From: a virus
Lineage: Duplodnaviria; Caudoviricetes
Length of the DNA: 64,000 bases
Strand: one strand, 5' to 3'
IMG/VR virus record: IMGVR_UViG_3300021978_000001
Span: 1 to 64,000 of that record
Shown here: positions 44,338-53,327 of the stretch, in pieces
Layout of the letters: each line of letters begins with the position of its first letter
Position numbering within the stretch: the stretch's first letter is position 1
Program-made: the position numbers and the translations under genes
The notes under the pieces: model-generated
What the model was told of the DNA's origin: nothing
Seen by the model: only the letters and a program-made list of their open reading frames with translations
Database searches by the model: none

Positions 44338-44712
44338 TCAGTTGTCGAGGCGCTCGCACATATCGAGCGCTTCCTTCTCCGTGTTGAGGATGGCGAACTG
44401 GTTCCACGATGTCCCCCCTTCCCCGTATCCGTCGTGTTCGTGGTAGCTCTCCGTCTTCTCCTGAATCAGCCACCCCCTGGCCTTCTCGCCCTCTCCAGGC
44501 GACCAGATGCGGTAGTTCTCGCCACAGTGCGTGACGAACTCTCGCCCCTTCCACTGCTTATCGAGCTGGCAGCAGGCGAAGATCCCTGCAAGAATGATAG
44601 GAACCGCCAGCATGTATACCGGAGAGATCTTCGTGTACCAGGGCATCGCCGCGCGAGCGCGCCTCTGCTCGTATTTGTTGAGGTACTCCAGGGCTTCACG
44701 TTCGTTCATCAC
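44338..44712 (-). CDS. single-pass membrane protein (paralog of 43961-44308)
   Basis: MLAVPIILAGIFACC TM segment then HCGENYRI...ALDMCERL. Confidence 0.6.
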   Translation of the reverse strand: MMNEREALEYLNKYEQRRARAAMPWYTKISPVYMLAVPIILAGIFACCQLDKQWKGREFVTHCGENYRIWSPGEGEKARGWLIQEKTESYHEHDGYGEGGTSWNQFAILNTEKEALDMCERLDN

Positions 44713-44783
44713 TTCCTCTTCATGTAAACGAGGGGGGCATACAACCCCCCTCTCGGTGTGAGCCGTCCACGCGGCCCGTAATC

Positions 44784-45404
44784 TCAGGCGACCAGGAACA
44801 TGCCTTGTGGACCGTGACCGAGGCTCCCGGGGTAGGATGCCTTGAGCGCCTCCCAGACCGCTTGCTTGGCCTTGGTGGGCACCGTCCAGACCTTGTTATC
44901 CCCATCCCACTTGCGTCCCTGGATGTTGCGGACAGCCGCCACGAACGCTTCGTTGTAGGGGGTGGTCAGGGCGAGGCGCTTGTCCTCGGTGACCTCGATG
45001 ATGACCTCTGCGAGCTTCTTGCCGATTTTCCCAGCAAGCAGCGTGTATCCCATCAAGGTCAACGCTTCCACCGCAATCATCGCGTCCTCTCGGTTCGTGT
45101 TCTGCTTGCGCCACACCGCCAGGGCGATGTTCAGGGTGCGTGCTGCCATGCGGCTGTCATCCTTGACGACGTATTCCATCGTCTCGTCTGCCACGTTCGT
45201 GGCGCCCATGCCCTGGAGAAGCGTCAGGAGCTTCTGAGAGGTTGCCGTGTCGATGGGGTAGGCATCCTCGTAGTTGTACTTCTTACGGCACACAGGGCCG
45301 ATGCCGAACTCCACCGAGGTGGGGTCTTCGAGAGGACGCGAGCAGCAGGAGCAGTGGGTTGGGTTGAGCTTGTAGCGGATTCCAGTGCGGTTTTGCGTCG
45401 TCAT
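44784..45404 (-). CDS. DUF6011-like Zn finger plus HARP-like domain protein
   Basis: CSCCSRPLEDPTSVEFGIGPVC; PYNEAFVAAVRNIQGRKWDGDNKVWTVP. Confidence 0.65.
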   Translation of the reverse strand: MTTQNRTGIRYKLNPTHCSCCSRPLEDPTSVEFGIGPVCRKKYNYEDAYPIDTATSQKLLTLLQGMGATNVADETMEYVVKDDSRMAARTLNIALAVWRKQNTNREDAMIAVEALTLMGYTLLAGKIGKKLAEVIIEVTEDKRLALTTPYNEAFVAAVRNIQGRKWDGDNKVWTVPTKAKQAVWEALKASYPGSLGHGPQGMFLVA

Positions 45405-45465
45405 GGTAAGTACCTCTTTTATGCGTTCCGTTTCGTTGTCGTCTTTCGTTCCGTACACCTCTTGT

Positions 45466-45490
45466 TACCATAAGGTGCATGGGGCGTAAA
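45466..45490 (-). promoter_or_regulatory. early promoter TTTACG-N12-TATGGTA
   Basis: recurring motif with conserved downstream ACAAGAGGTGTACG. Confidence 0.7.
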
Positions 45491-45561
45491 ACGAATCTCA
45501 CGAAAAAGTGTGGTTTTTTGTGTATAACCCCGGATGAAGCGCCTACCATGCGGCTTCTAGC

Positions 45562-45924
45562 TTACCCTCCCGAGCGAAAGCTACGCGCGAGGATGCGCTG
45601 TTCTTTCTCCGCACTGGCGGTCCCTCGGATGTACGACAACTCGCCAGTCAAGAAAACCTGGTACCTGGACCACCCCCCGTCGCCGTAGAGCAACGCCACG
45701 ACCTCATCCTTGTATGGAGTCAGGTCTTCCTCTCCCGCCGCTCTGAGGCTCTCCTGGAGCTTCCTGACATGTGCCCGGAGCCCCATCAAGTTCGAGGTTT
45801 GGGGGAGCGCATCTTCAGCAAGCCCCTTGAGGGGGATCTCTGCGCTTTTGCGCCAGGATGACCCCTCGATGGCTTCGAGAACCTCGAAGATGTCCTCATC
45901 AAAAATAGAAATAGAACGGGTCAC
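45562..45924 (-). CDS. hypothetical protein
   Basis: GTG start overlapping the upstream TGA; start uncertain. Confidence 0.45.
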   Translation of the reverse strand: MTRSISIFDEDIFEVLEAIEGSSWRKSAEIPLKGLAEDALPQTSNLMGLRAHVRKLQESLRAAGEEDLTPYKDEVVALLYGDGGWSRYQVFLTGELSYIRGTASAEKEQRILARSFRSGG

Positions 45925-46151
45925 GGGTCCTCCTCTAGCGACTGTTCGTACCCCTTGATCAGCTCCCCGCACCCCTCACAGTGGTCGTGTCGGTGCCAGT
46001 TGATCTGCGGGCGCGGGTTGGTGCCCTCCTCTTCATGCTCTTCGCGTGCGCAATCCGCGCACAGGACCGTGCATTCTTTCCCGAGCACGTAGAGCAGGGG
46101 GTACCCGCCAAAGGGCGAGTACGCGTAGAATCGAGTGTCTGGGGTAGTCAT
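45921..46151 (-). CDS. small Zn-binding protein
   Basis: LCADC and HCEGC motifs. Confidence 0.55.
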   Translation of the reverse strand: MTTPDTRFYAYSPFGGYPLLYVLGKECTVLCADCAREEHEEEGTNPRPQINWHRHDHCEGCGELIKGYEQSLEEDP

Positions 46152-46510
46152 GGTCTTGCCTTGTATCCTTTTCTGACGGTGGTCCACATGGCCTGGGCCT
46201 TGGCGCGTTCGAGCACGACCGCGCTTCGGATCTGCCCCCTGGCATCGAGCTTGCGAAGCTCCACGAGGTCTCCGCGCGCCTCGAACTCGATGACGGGGAA
46301 CTTGCTGCCTTCGTTCTTGGCGTACACCTTGTAGGTCTCGCCTGCGGGGAGGTCGAGGTAGGCGTTACGCATAAGCTCTTCCTTGCGGATCTCCTCGATC
46401 GCCGCGCGCATCTCTTCGCGGTCCACTCTCCCCATGGGGAAGGAATCTTCCTTGAGTCCTTTCTCGTAGCCATCAAGGATCGCTTTGATTTTCTCGATTG
46501 CCGTTGTCAT
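46148..46510 (-). CDS. hypothetical protein
   Basis: MTTAIEK start with GAGGAG RBS, early promoter upstream. Confidence 0.6.
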   Translation of the reverse strand: MTTAIEKIKAILDGYEKGLKEDSFPMGRVDREEMRAAIEEIRKEELMRNAYLDLPAGETYKVYAKNEGSKFPVIEFEARGDLVELRKLDARGQIRSAVVLERAKAQAMWTTVRKGYKARP

Positions 46511-46553
46511 GGTGTCTCCTCGTATCCTGTTGTCGTCATCGTACACCTCTTGT

Positions 46554-46579
46554 TACCACAAGTAACAGGGGGGCGTAAA
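46554..46579 (-). promoter_or_regulatory. early promoter TTTACG-N13-TGTGGTA
   Basis: recurring motif with conserved downstream ACAAGAGGTGTACG. Confidence 0.7.
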
Positions 46580-46656
46580 AACTTTCTCACAGAAAAAGCA
46601 CAAAAATAGCCCGGCAACCAGAAAGGCGCCGGGCCAAAGCCATCATTGTGGTGTGA

Positions 46657-47157
46657 TCAGAAGGGGACGTCGCTCGCGATGCGAATGCTCTTGAGCTTGA
46701 GCAGTTCCTTGGCGGCGTTGTTGAAGACCACGCGGTATCCCTGGCCGGTGCGCCCGCGCACAGGGTCGAGTTTGACTTCGACCTCGTAAGCCAAACTGTG
46801 TTGGCGGTACAGCTCGTCCGTCTCAGCTTCGGTGAGGCCATAGAACTGCCCCTCATCCTCGATGACAAACGAGGTCCCGATGCTCACTGCGAGGCGACGC
46901 TCCCAGTTTTCGCGCGCCTTGGGGTCGAGGGTACCCTTGACAAAGACCTTCCCCTTGCTGCGCATGAGTTTCCATGCTGCGTCTACGAACGGGGCCGAAG
47001 AGGTGTAGCCATACTTCTGCTTGATCGCTTCCACGTCCACGTAGCCCTGTCGCACGCCCTCGTCTATGCGATTGGCCGTGCGGCGTGGCTTGCCCGAGGA
47101 AGGATCTAGTGAAAGGGCTCGCGAGGCCACCTGTCGGGCCAACTTCTGTGCGTCCAT
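46657..47157 (-). CDS. hypothetical protein with N-terminal KLARQVASRA motif
   Basis: 166 aa, AGGAG RBS. Confidence 0.6.
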   Translation of the reverse strand: MDAQKLARQVASRALSLDPSSGKPRRTANRIDEGVRQGYVDVEAIKQKYGYTSSAPFVDAAWKLMRSKGKVFVKGTLDPKARENWERRLAVSIGTSFVIEDEGQFYGLTEAETDELYRQHSLAYEVEVKLDPVRGRTGQGYRVVFNNAAKELLKLKSIRIASDVPF

Positions 47158-47227
47158 GGGGGTGCTCCTGGGTCTTTCATTGGAAAAGAGATACCTCACA
47201 CATATCTCCCATACCATGAAAGGATTA

Positions 47228-47446
47228 TTACTTCTCCCGGAAGGTGATGCGCCCGCGCGTGAGGTCGTAGGGAGACAGCTCGACGGTCACGGTGTCCCCC
47301 ACGAGGACACGGATGTTGAACTTGCGCATCTTGCCTGAGATGTGAGAAAGCACCTCATGTCCATTCTCCAGGCGTACCTTGAACATCGCGTTTGGCAACG
47401 CGTCGATCACGGTACCATCCATTTCCACTGCTTCTTCTTTCGCCAT
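47228..47446 (-). CDS. infA: translation initiation factor IF-1
   Basis: 72 aa, [51 protein letters not shown]...[15 protein letters not shown]. Confidence 0.98.
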   Translation of the reverse strand: MAKEEAVEMDGTVIDALPNAMFKVRLENGHEVLSHISGKMRKFNIRVLVGDTVTVELSPYDLTRGRITFREK

Positions 47447-47637
47447 GATCTCTTCCTTGGTCGAGTTGAATCGGTGATTCGATTTTTTTATGTCCGTACT
47501 CAGGGTCTTTTATAGATGCTATCCGCTCTCGCAGCCTTGAATCGGACCCCAGGGGCCGACAACGTAGCACATCGAGAGAAGTAGCGTCAAGTCACGTGAA
47601 TTATTCTTTTGGTAGCCTGGGTGATTGCCAGTACCGC

Positions 47638-48366
47638 TCAAGGAGTCGGGACCGCGATATACGGGATGTCTGGCAGTGCGTCTTCGAGCTTGTCCAGAGC
47701 CACAGCGGGGAGCATCGTGATCGAGATGAGAAATTCACCGACCACCTGGACCCCGAGCACACCGTATGTTGCAGCCCATGCCTTGACGTCATCCAGCAAA
47801 CGAGCGTCACATTGCAAGAGCACATCACAGTGAGTCACGCCCTCTCGCAACGCAGGGCTCAAGGCACCCATCGTGGGACCTTCGAGCACGTGAGACATGT
47901 CGTGCAGCTCACCCCAGACCAGGGTCGCTTTCCAGTCGGGCCAGTAACGCTCTTTCCAAGCCTCCACAGCTTTCACCACTTCGACCTCATCGAGAAGACG
48001 CGGCCATTGAATGGTCGGGTTCTGGAAGGGATCTCCCAGGTGCTTCATGGGGACCCCGAGGTCGAGCCCCGAAGGCTCGCCAAACTCGAACGCCATCGCG
48101 TCTTGCTCGCGCGCGTACTGTTTCGTGATCAGCGTCATCAGGTACACCTGGCGTCGTCGCTCCGGGGTCACGATCTCGATCTGCACATCACAGTAATGAC
48201 GATCACCTGCCTGGGCGTCCAGCGAAAACACATGCACGACCTGACCCGGTTCCATCATGAACCATTGCTTCATGCCCCTGGCCAACACGCAAGGATCATC
48301 GCTCGCCCACTTCTTCCAGGTATGCATGGATCGGAAGGGTATCGCTACAAGTTCACCGCTCATCAT
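47638..48366 (-). CDS. hypothetical protein
   Basis: 242-aa ORF. Confidence 0.55.
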   Translation of the reverse strand: MMSGELVAIPFRSMHTWKKWASDDPCVLARGMKQWFMMEPGQVVHVFSLDAQAGDRHYCDVQIEIVTPERRRQVYLMTLITKQYAREQDAMAFEFGEPSGLDLGVPMKHLGDPFQNPTIQWPRLLDEVEVVKAVEAWKERYWPDWKATLVWGELHDMSHVLEGPTMGALSPALREGVTHCDVLLQCDARLLDDVKAWAATYGVLGVQVVGEFLISITMLPAVALDKLEDALPDIPYIAVPTP

Positions 48367-48490
48367 GTTCTCTCATCAAAGGAGTCTCATCACCTGACCT
48401 CATAGACTACGGCAGTATCAATAACGTATCGACCGAATCCCCTATAAAGCGATCTCTCTTTGTGAGAGGTCCCAATGCACGAGACATGCT

Positions 48491-49396
48491 GTGATTTATA
48501 ATGACGTGACCCCCTATCCTGCCCTTGGAAAGAGCCTGCGCATCCTTGAGGTAGACCCCCGCATGTTGGATCAGATTTATGAAACCCACGAAGTCGAGAT
48601 CCCGGCGCTCCTCCCGGAAGGTCTCGACCTCTGGCCGAACCAGGCTGTCGTTCTACGTTCCCACAAGCGCTCCGCGCTCGGGCTCGTGACGCCAGAAGGG
48701 GATAAGATCACACGCGTCAACGAGGACCTCTCCTTCTTCAAGGTCAAGGGCATCAACAAGGAACAACAGGGCCTCCTCAACCTCCTCCACAACCCTCGCA
48801 CGCGCCTCGTGGTGATCACGGGTCCTGCGGGGACAGGGAAGAGCCTCGTGGTGAGCGCGTGGGCCTTGCACATGCTCCTGGAGGTCAAGCAATGGTCCAA
48901 GCTCATGCTCGCCAAGCCTCTGGAGATCACGACCGGCACGAAGTATTGGGGAACGGTCCCTGGTGATGCAGGCGACAAGTTCGCGCCGTTCCTGCGCTCC
49001 TATGAGATGACCTTCGAGAACCTCGTGGGGCGTCACGGACTCCAGTACCTCCAGGCAGCCAAGGGTCGCGGTGCGATCGAGTTCTTCCCCCTGGAGCTTA
49101 TGCGCGGTGTCTCGATCCGTGATTCGATCGTGTGGTACGATGAGGTCCAGAACCTCAACGCGCACGAGATGCAAACGCTCGGTTCGCGTATCGACGATGT
49201 GGGTGAGACCAAGCTCATCATCTCGGGCGACATCAAGCAACGCGACAAGCGCATCGACATCCAAGAGACCGGCTTGCGCAAACTGGTCATGTCGCCCGCG
49301 TTCCTCAAGTCTCCCTTGACCGCGCACGTGCATCTCACGCGCATCGAACGTGGTGAGGTCGCGCAGCTCTTCCACGACGTCTTCGACGGGGAGTGA
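48491..49396 (+). CDS. phoH: PhoH-family ATPase
   Basis: VVITGPAGTGKS Walker A, LELMRGVSI, YDEVQNL, IISGDIKQRD. Confidence 0.88.
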   Translation: MIYNDVTPYPALGKSLRILEVDPRMLDQIYETHEVEIPALLPEGLDLWPNQAVVLRSHKRSALGLVTPEGDKITRVNEDLSFFKVKGINKEQQGLLNLLHNPRTRLVVITGPAGTGKSLVVSAWALHMLLEVKQWSKLMLAKPLEITTGTKYWGTVPGDAGDKFAPFLRSYEMTFENLVGRHGLQYLQAAKGRGAIEFFPLELMRGVSIRDSIVWYDEVQNLNAHEMQTLGSRIDDVGETKLIISGDIKQRDKRIDIQETGLRKLVMSPAFLKSPLTAHVHLTRIERGEVAQLFHDVFDGE

Positions 49397-49415
49397 TCTT
49401 TTCTCGAAGAAAGTT

Positions 49416-49440
49416 TTTACGGTGAGGTAGGCTTGTGGTA
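49416..49440 (+). promoter_or_regulatory. early promoter TTTACG-N12-TGTGGTA
   Basis: recurring motif with downstream GTGTACG. Confidence 0.7.
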
Positions 49441-49496
49441 TCAGTAAGTGTACGGCAAAGACAACAACACTTCACTGAACGATAAGGACGGACACC

Positions 49497-49769
49497 ATGA
49501 CCTACCTCACCAAAGAAACGAAAGAAGCCATCTGCGACGCTGTAATGGAGACGGAGATCGCGAAAGAGAAGATGAAGACATACAGCTACCACACCCCCAA
49601 GGATACGCTCCTGGAGGTGACAGACGAGCCCGGGGATAACCCCTTGCTCCAGAAGCTCGAAGGGCTCGACGATGATGCATGGCTCTCGGTCCGAGACCAC
49701 CTTGAGAGCGTGATGTACCACGCCAACGAGTTCAACACCTGGCTCGCTCAGGGTCCAGAAGAGGCTTGA
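49497..49769 (+). CDS. small acidic hypothetical protein
   Basis: 90 aa, own promoter, AAGGA RBS and terminator. Confidence 0.6.
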   Translation: MTYLTKETKEAICDAVMETEIAKEKMKTYSYHTPKDTLLEVTDEPGDNPLLQKLEGLDDDAWLSVRDHLESVMYHANEFNTWLAQGPEEA

Positions 49770-49790
49770 GCCTCACTCGAAGCTGAACAC

Positions 49791-49830
49791 AAAAAAGCCC
49801 CCGGGGATCATCTCCTCGGGGGCTTTTCTC
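49791..49830. terminator. bidirectional intrinsic terminator
   Basis: AAAAAAGCCCCCGGGGA-TCATC-TCCTCGGGGGCTTTTC between convergent genes. Confidence 0.8.
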
Positions 49831-49843
49831 TTGAAGCTGGCGC

Positions 49844-51568
49844 TCAGTTCAGGTCGATGTCATTGAACATCGTGTCGAGCTTGTTCGTGCCCTCGCCCGG
49901 GTCGCTATAACCCATGGCACCAAGCTCGACGATGCGGTCTGAGCTTGCGTACTTGGCACGTACACCTTCCTGGCGTGCGGGGTCGTAACCCACCCACCCA
50001 AGGATGGCGCGAATCTCCTCGTGCATCGTCTGCACGAGCGGGGGCTTGGTGCGCACGACCTCCTGGATAATCTCGGTCGTGAGCGTCTGGTCTTCGGTCA
50101 TGAACGCCTTGCGCATGGCATCCTTGAGCGCCTGTTCGATCTCGCGACCCGTCAGGTTGGCCGCCGTCTCTGCCAAAGCCTTGCAGTCGATGGCGTCCTT
50201 GTCTCCCATGGTCTCGCGGTGATACTTTCCGAGTTGGATGCTGAAGCAGCTCTCGCGCGCTTCCTGGTCAGGCAACCCGACGAAGTATTTCTCCTCGAAG
50301 CGGCTCACAAGCTCGGGCGGCAACGTCTGGATACCGTTCGCCGTGGCGATGACGAAGATGTCCTCGTCATGGTCCTCGAACCAGGAGAGGAACGTTCCGA
50401 TGACGCGCGCCGTGGTCCCGGAGTCGGAGAAGGAAGAGGACTGGATACCGGCCAACCCCTTCTCGATCTCGTCGATGAAGACGACCGCAGGGGCGCATGC
50501 TTCGATCTGACGCAAGGCACGCCTCATGTTCGCCTCACTGTCGCCCACACGGGACGAGAAGAGCGACGATGGGTCAAACTTGATGAACGTCACGCCCATC
50601 TCGTTGGCGAGCGCCTTGGCCGTCAGGGACTTCCCACAACCGGGGACACCGATCATCAGGAGACCTCGCGAGTTGGGCACGCCCCAGGCACGTCCTTCCG
50701 GGGTCCATGCTTGCTTGACCTCGTTAAGGCGCGCCTTGAGCAGGTCGAGCCCCGCGACGTTATCGAAGGTCAGATCCGTCTGCATCAAGTCGAGCAGCTC
50801 GGATTCCTCGATGATGCGGCGGTTCTCCGCGACCATCATCTCGGTGGTGACCTGCATCTTGGACTGCATGACCAGACGATGCAGCGTTTGCTTGAGCTGG
50901 TAGAGCGTCATCGAACGGCACGCGCGGATGAAAGCGTCAGGGATCTCCGCGTCGAGGTCACGTCCCGCAGGGAACGTAAACTTGCCCTCCTTGTCATGCT
51001 CGCGCAAGGTGACTTCCAGGCTTGTCAGGAAGTCACGAATCAAGCTATCCGAAGGATCATCGAAGTCCACCAGCTCGACGTATTCCGCCATGTCCGCAGG
51101 CACCTTACCCGTGCGGGTGAACAGGACGAGCGTGCGGTTCATCTGTGGGTGTTCGTTACTGGAGATCGCGAGGTTCTTGAGGCGGCGCCGGATCATCGGG
51201 TCGCCCAGGTAGTTGTCCGCGTCGAGCATCGCCACATACAGGTTGCGCCCGTGCTCCCCGTTGATGGTGGCGTAGATCTTCGTCAGGTACTTGTGGACGT
51301 TCATCGATTCACGGTCCTGGGGATGCGCGAGCTTCTGCATCTCATCGAGGTAGCTCCCCGAGTCCAGGATACCGAAAGCGGCGTTCCAGACGTGGAGAGA
51401 GTAGCCTGGAGAGGACTTGCTCTTCTTTCCCTTGGCGCGCTCTTCTGCGCGTTGGTTGACACGCGTGAAGGTTTCGTGCAGTTCTTTCAAGACGCGCTCT
51501 TCCTCGCGAGTCTTGAGCATGATAATGGGGTGCAGGCTGCGCACGTGCAGCAACAAATTGTCGTCCAT
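49844..51568 (-). CDS. Ycf46-like AAA+ ATPase
   Basis: degenerate N-terminal AAA domain; GVPGCGKSLTAKA, VFIDEIEKG, ATAN...LPPELVSRFEE, LTGREIEQ. Confidence 0.85.
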   Translation of the reverse strand: MDDNLLLHVRSLHPIIMLKTREEERVLKELHETFTRVNQRAEERAKGKKSKSSPGYSLHVWNAAFGILDSGSYLDEMQKLAHPQDRESMNVHKYLTKIYATINGEHGRNLYVAMLDADNYLGDPMIRRRLKNLAISSNEHPQMNRTLVLFTRTGKVPADMAEYVELVDFDDPSDSLIRDFLTSLEVTLREHDKEGKFTFPAGRDLDAEIPDAFIRACRSMTLYQLKQTLHRLVMQSKMQVTTEMMVAENRRIIEESELLDLMQTDLTFDNVAGLDLLKARLNEVKQAWTPEGRAWGVPNSRGLLMIGVPGCGKSLTAKALANEMGVTFIKFDPSSLFSSRVGDSEANMRRALRQIEACAPAVVFIDEIEKGLAGIQSSSFSDSGTTARVIGTFLSWFEDHDEDIFVIATANGIQTLPPELVSRFEEKYFVGLPDQEARESCFSIQLGKYHRETMGDKDAIDCKALAETAANLTGREIEQALKDAMRKAFMTEDQTLTTEIIQEVVRTKPPLVQTMHEEIRAILGWVGYDPARQEGVRAKYASSDRIVELGAMGYSDPGEGTNKLDTMFNDIDLN

Positions 51569-51631
51569 GTCGTCGTCCTCTTGTTTTAACTTCCAGGTAG
51601 TCGATACGTTCAGGTGCTAAGGTTCAGATGC

Positions 51632-52156
51632 TCAGGAATCCACGTCCGTGCGGTCCCAGTGCTCCATCGAGTTCTCGATGTAGTACACGCGGTTCACAGG
51701 TACAGGGACCTGGACCGTGGTGGAGTCGTCATAGTCTCCCGTCACGAAGCCTCCCTCATGGTCCTGCGCGATTTGATTGAGGGTCTCACACTTGGGGCAC
51801 ACACACTGCCACACGTTCTTGCTGGCGAGCGAGTGCTTGCTCCAGGGCTTGACGAAACCCTCGACCACCTCTCCCTCGTGAGGAGAGAACGCGATCTCCA
51901 GGGGGATACCCGTAGACATCCCGAGGCGCATCGCATATTGCGGGTCGATCAGGTAGAGGATGGGCTCACTACACCCTTCACCCTTGCAAGGGATCTTGTA
52001 GCACGTGTAGGTCGCGTGCGTGTAGCGCTCCTCTTTGATTTTCAACTCCGTGGGTCCCATGCTCGCACCAGCGGTGGTTTGCGTGGTTGCCTGCTGCACC
52101 TCTTCACTGATATTTGCGAAGTCATCCTCTTCAAACAGGCTCTCGAAATCCGGCAT
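51632..52156 (-). CDS. Zn-binding hypothetical protein
   Basis: CKGEGC and CVCPKC motifs. Confidence 0.6.
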   Translation of the reverse strand: MPDFESLFEEDDFANISEEVQQATTQTTAGASMGPTELKIKEERYTHATYTCYKIPCKGEGCSEPILYLIDPQYAMRLGMSTGIPLEIAFSPHEGEVVEGFVKPWSKHSLASKNVWQCVCPKCETLNQIAQDHEGGFVTGDYDDSTTVQVPVPVNRVYYIENSMEHWDRTDVDS

Positions 52157-52234
52157 ATATCACCTCGGTCATAGGGTGGGTGAGAGGCTCGACCTTGCAA
52201 GACTCTCGGTTGACTTGACTGTCATTTGCGAAGG

Positions 52235-52260
52235 TACCACAAGGCTTGACGGGTCGTCAA
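52235..52260 (-). promoter_or_regulatory. promoter TTGACG-N13-TGTGGTA
   Basis: variant of the recurring motif. Confidence 0.6.
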
Positions 52261-52325
52261 CTCTTTCCTTTCTCCTTGCGCATCTTTTTTTGCTTCATGG
52301 TCGCGCATTGGTTTTACCCTACACC

Positions 52326-52370
52326 AAAAGAAGAACCCCTGGTAGGGGGTATCCTACCAGGGGTTCTTTT
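52326..52370 (-). terminator. intrinsic terminator
   Basis: 16-bp stem AAGAACCCCTGGTAGG/CCTACCAGGGGTTCTT with T-tracts, just after the 52389-52826 stop. Confidence 0.8.
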
Positions 52371-52388
52371 AGCGGGCGGTGGGCGCTA

Positions 52389-52826
52389 TCAGTAGGTCGC
52401 GCCGCCGTAGAAGGGCTTGACCGAGCGGATCACGATGTCACCGTTCTCCAGGTCACCCGTGAAGCCCTCGACGAAGGGCATGGAATCCGAGATGACCATC
52501 TCTTCGAGGATCTGATCTCCATCGAGTTCCATGTTCTGCTTGAAGAGGCACTTCGAGTACGCCTGACGGAGAGGACCATCCACGAACTGCTTGGCGCGCT
52601 GACAATCCTCATCGAAGGATGCCTTATCGTTGGCGCAGTCGATGGTGACGCCCGTGTAGCGGAAGTTGTAAACCTCCCCTTCGGCGTCGTGATAATCGAC
52701 CTTGCCCGCGCTCACCTTGAAGTAGTTCTCCTTGGTGCGCTCGAAGCGAGCATCGAGTTCCTTGAGAGCCTCTTCCACCGCATCGGCGTTCTTGAGGCTC
52801 ACTGCGATCGTGATTTTGCGAGACAT
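52389..52826 (-). CDS. DUF1257/Ycf35-like protein
   Basis: MSRKITIAVSLKNADAVEEALKELD resembles the DUF1257 N-terminus; near a Ycf46-like ATPase. Confidence 0.5.
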   Translation of the reverse strand: MSRKITIAVSLKNADAVEEALKELDARFERTKENYFKVSAGKVDYHDAEGEVYNFRYTGVTIDCANDKASFDEDCQRAKQFVDGPLRQAYSKCLFKQNMELDGDQILEEMVISDSMPFVEGFTGDLENGDIVIRSVKPFYGGATY

Positions 52827-53017
52827 GTTGTGCTCCTGTCTTGACTACCACCCCTGAATCACTGGTCTACAGTCTCAGGTCAGGGAGTGGCATGGTGTCT
52901 GTGTGGTGTAACCTTACACAGTTGTAAGGGATTCCATCCCTTGGCTCTTTACTCTAACATATGCGGGCGCGGACTTAAACGCTAATCTGTGCTTCGTTCA
53001 GCGTTTCGTTCAGCGTA

Positions 53018-53233
53018 TCAGGACGACGTATCCACAAAGGCGGTGTCGTGGACAGGCGGGCAGTCCCCATCAGGGATGTCCTCGTCTGCCGTAATCTCAC
53101 CCATGCGACGCGCGGTCACATAGATCTCCTGGCAGAGATGCTGTCCACGGTTGACCACCTGTTGCTGGATCTCGCCGTTGCGCTTGATAACGGTGATGTA
53201 CTCCATCCCGTTCTGTTGTGCGTCACTCATCAT
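53018..53233 (-). CDS. DUF2997-like protein
   Basis: ITVIKRNGEIQQQVVNRGQHLCQE resembles DUF2997 (I..dG.V...V.G..G..C). Confidence 0.55.
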   Translation of the reverse strand: MMSDAQQNGMEYITVIKRNGEIQQQVVNRGQHLCQEIYVTARRMGEITADEDIPDGDCPPVHDTAFVDTSS

Positions 53234-53327
53234 TGAACTCCTTTGACTGCTCGTGTGACTGATTCGGTCGTTTCACATCGCGACTTCGCGACGACAAGAG
53301 GGAAGTTACCCTAACAAACCTATCGGG

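Noticed and set aside
52840-53010. Intergenic hairpins (CCTTACA-CAGT-TGTAAGG) considered as tRNA or ncRNA
   Set aside because: No cloverleaf, T-loop or CCA end recognisable; similar checks of 47450-47630 and 52160-52330 were also negative
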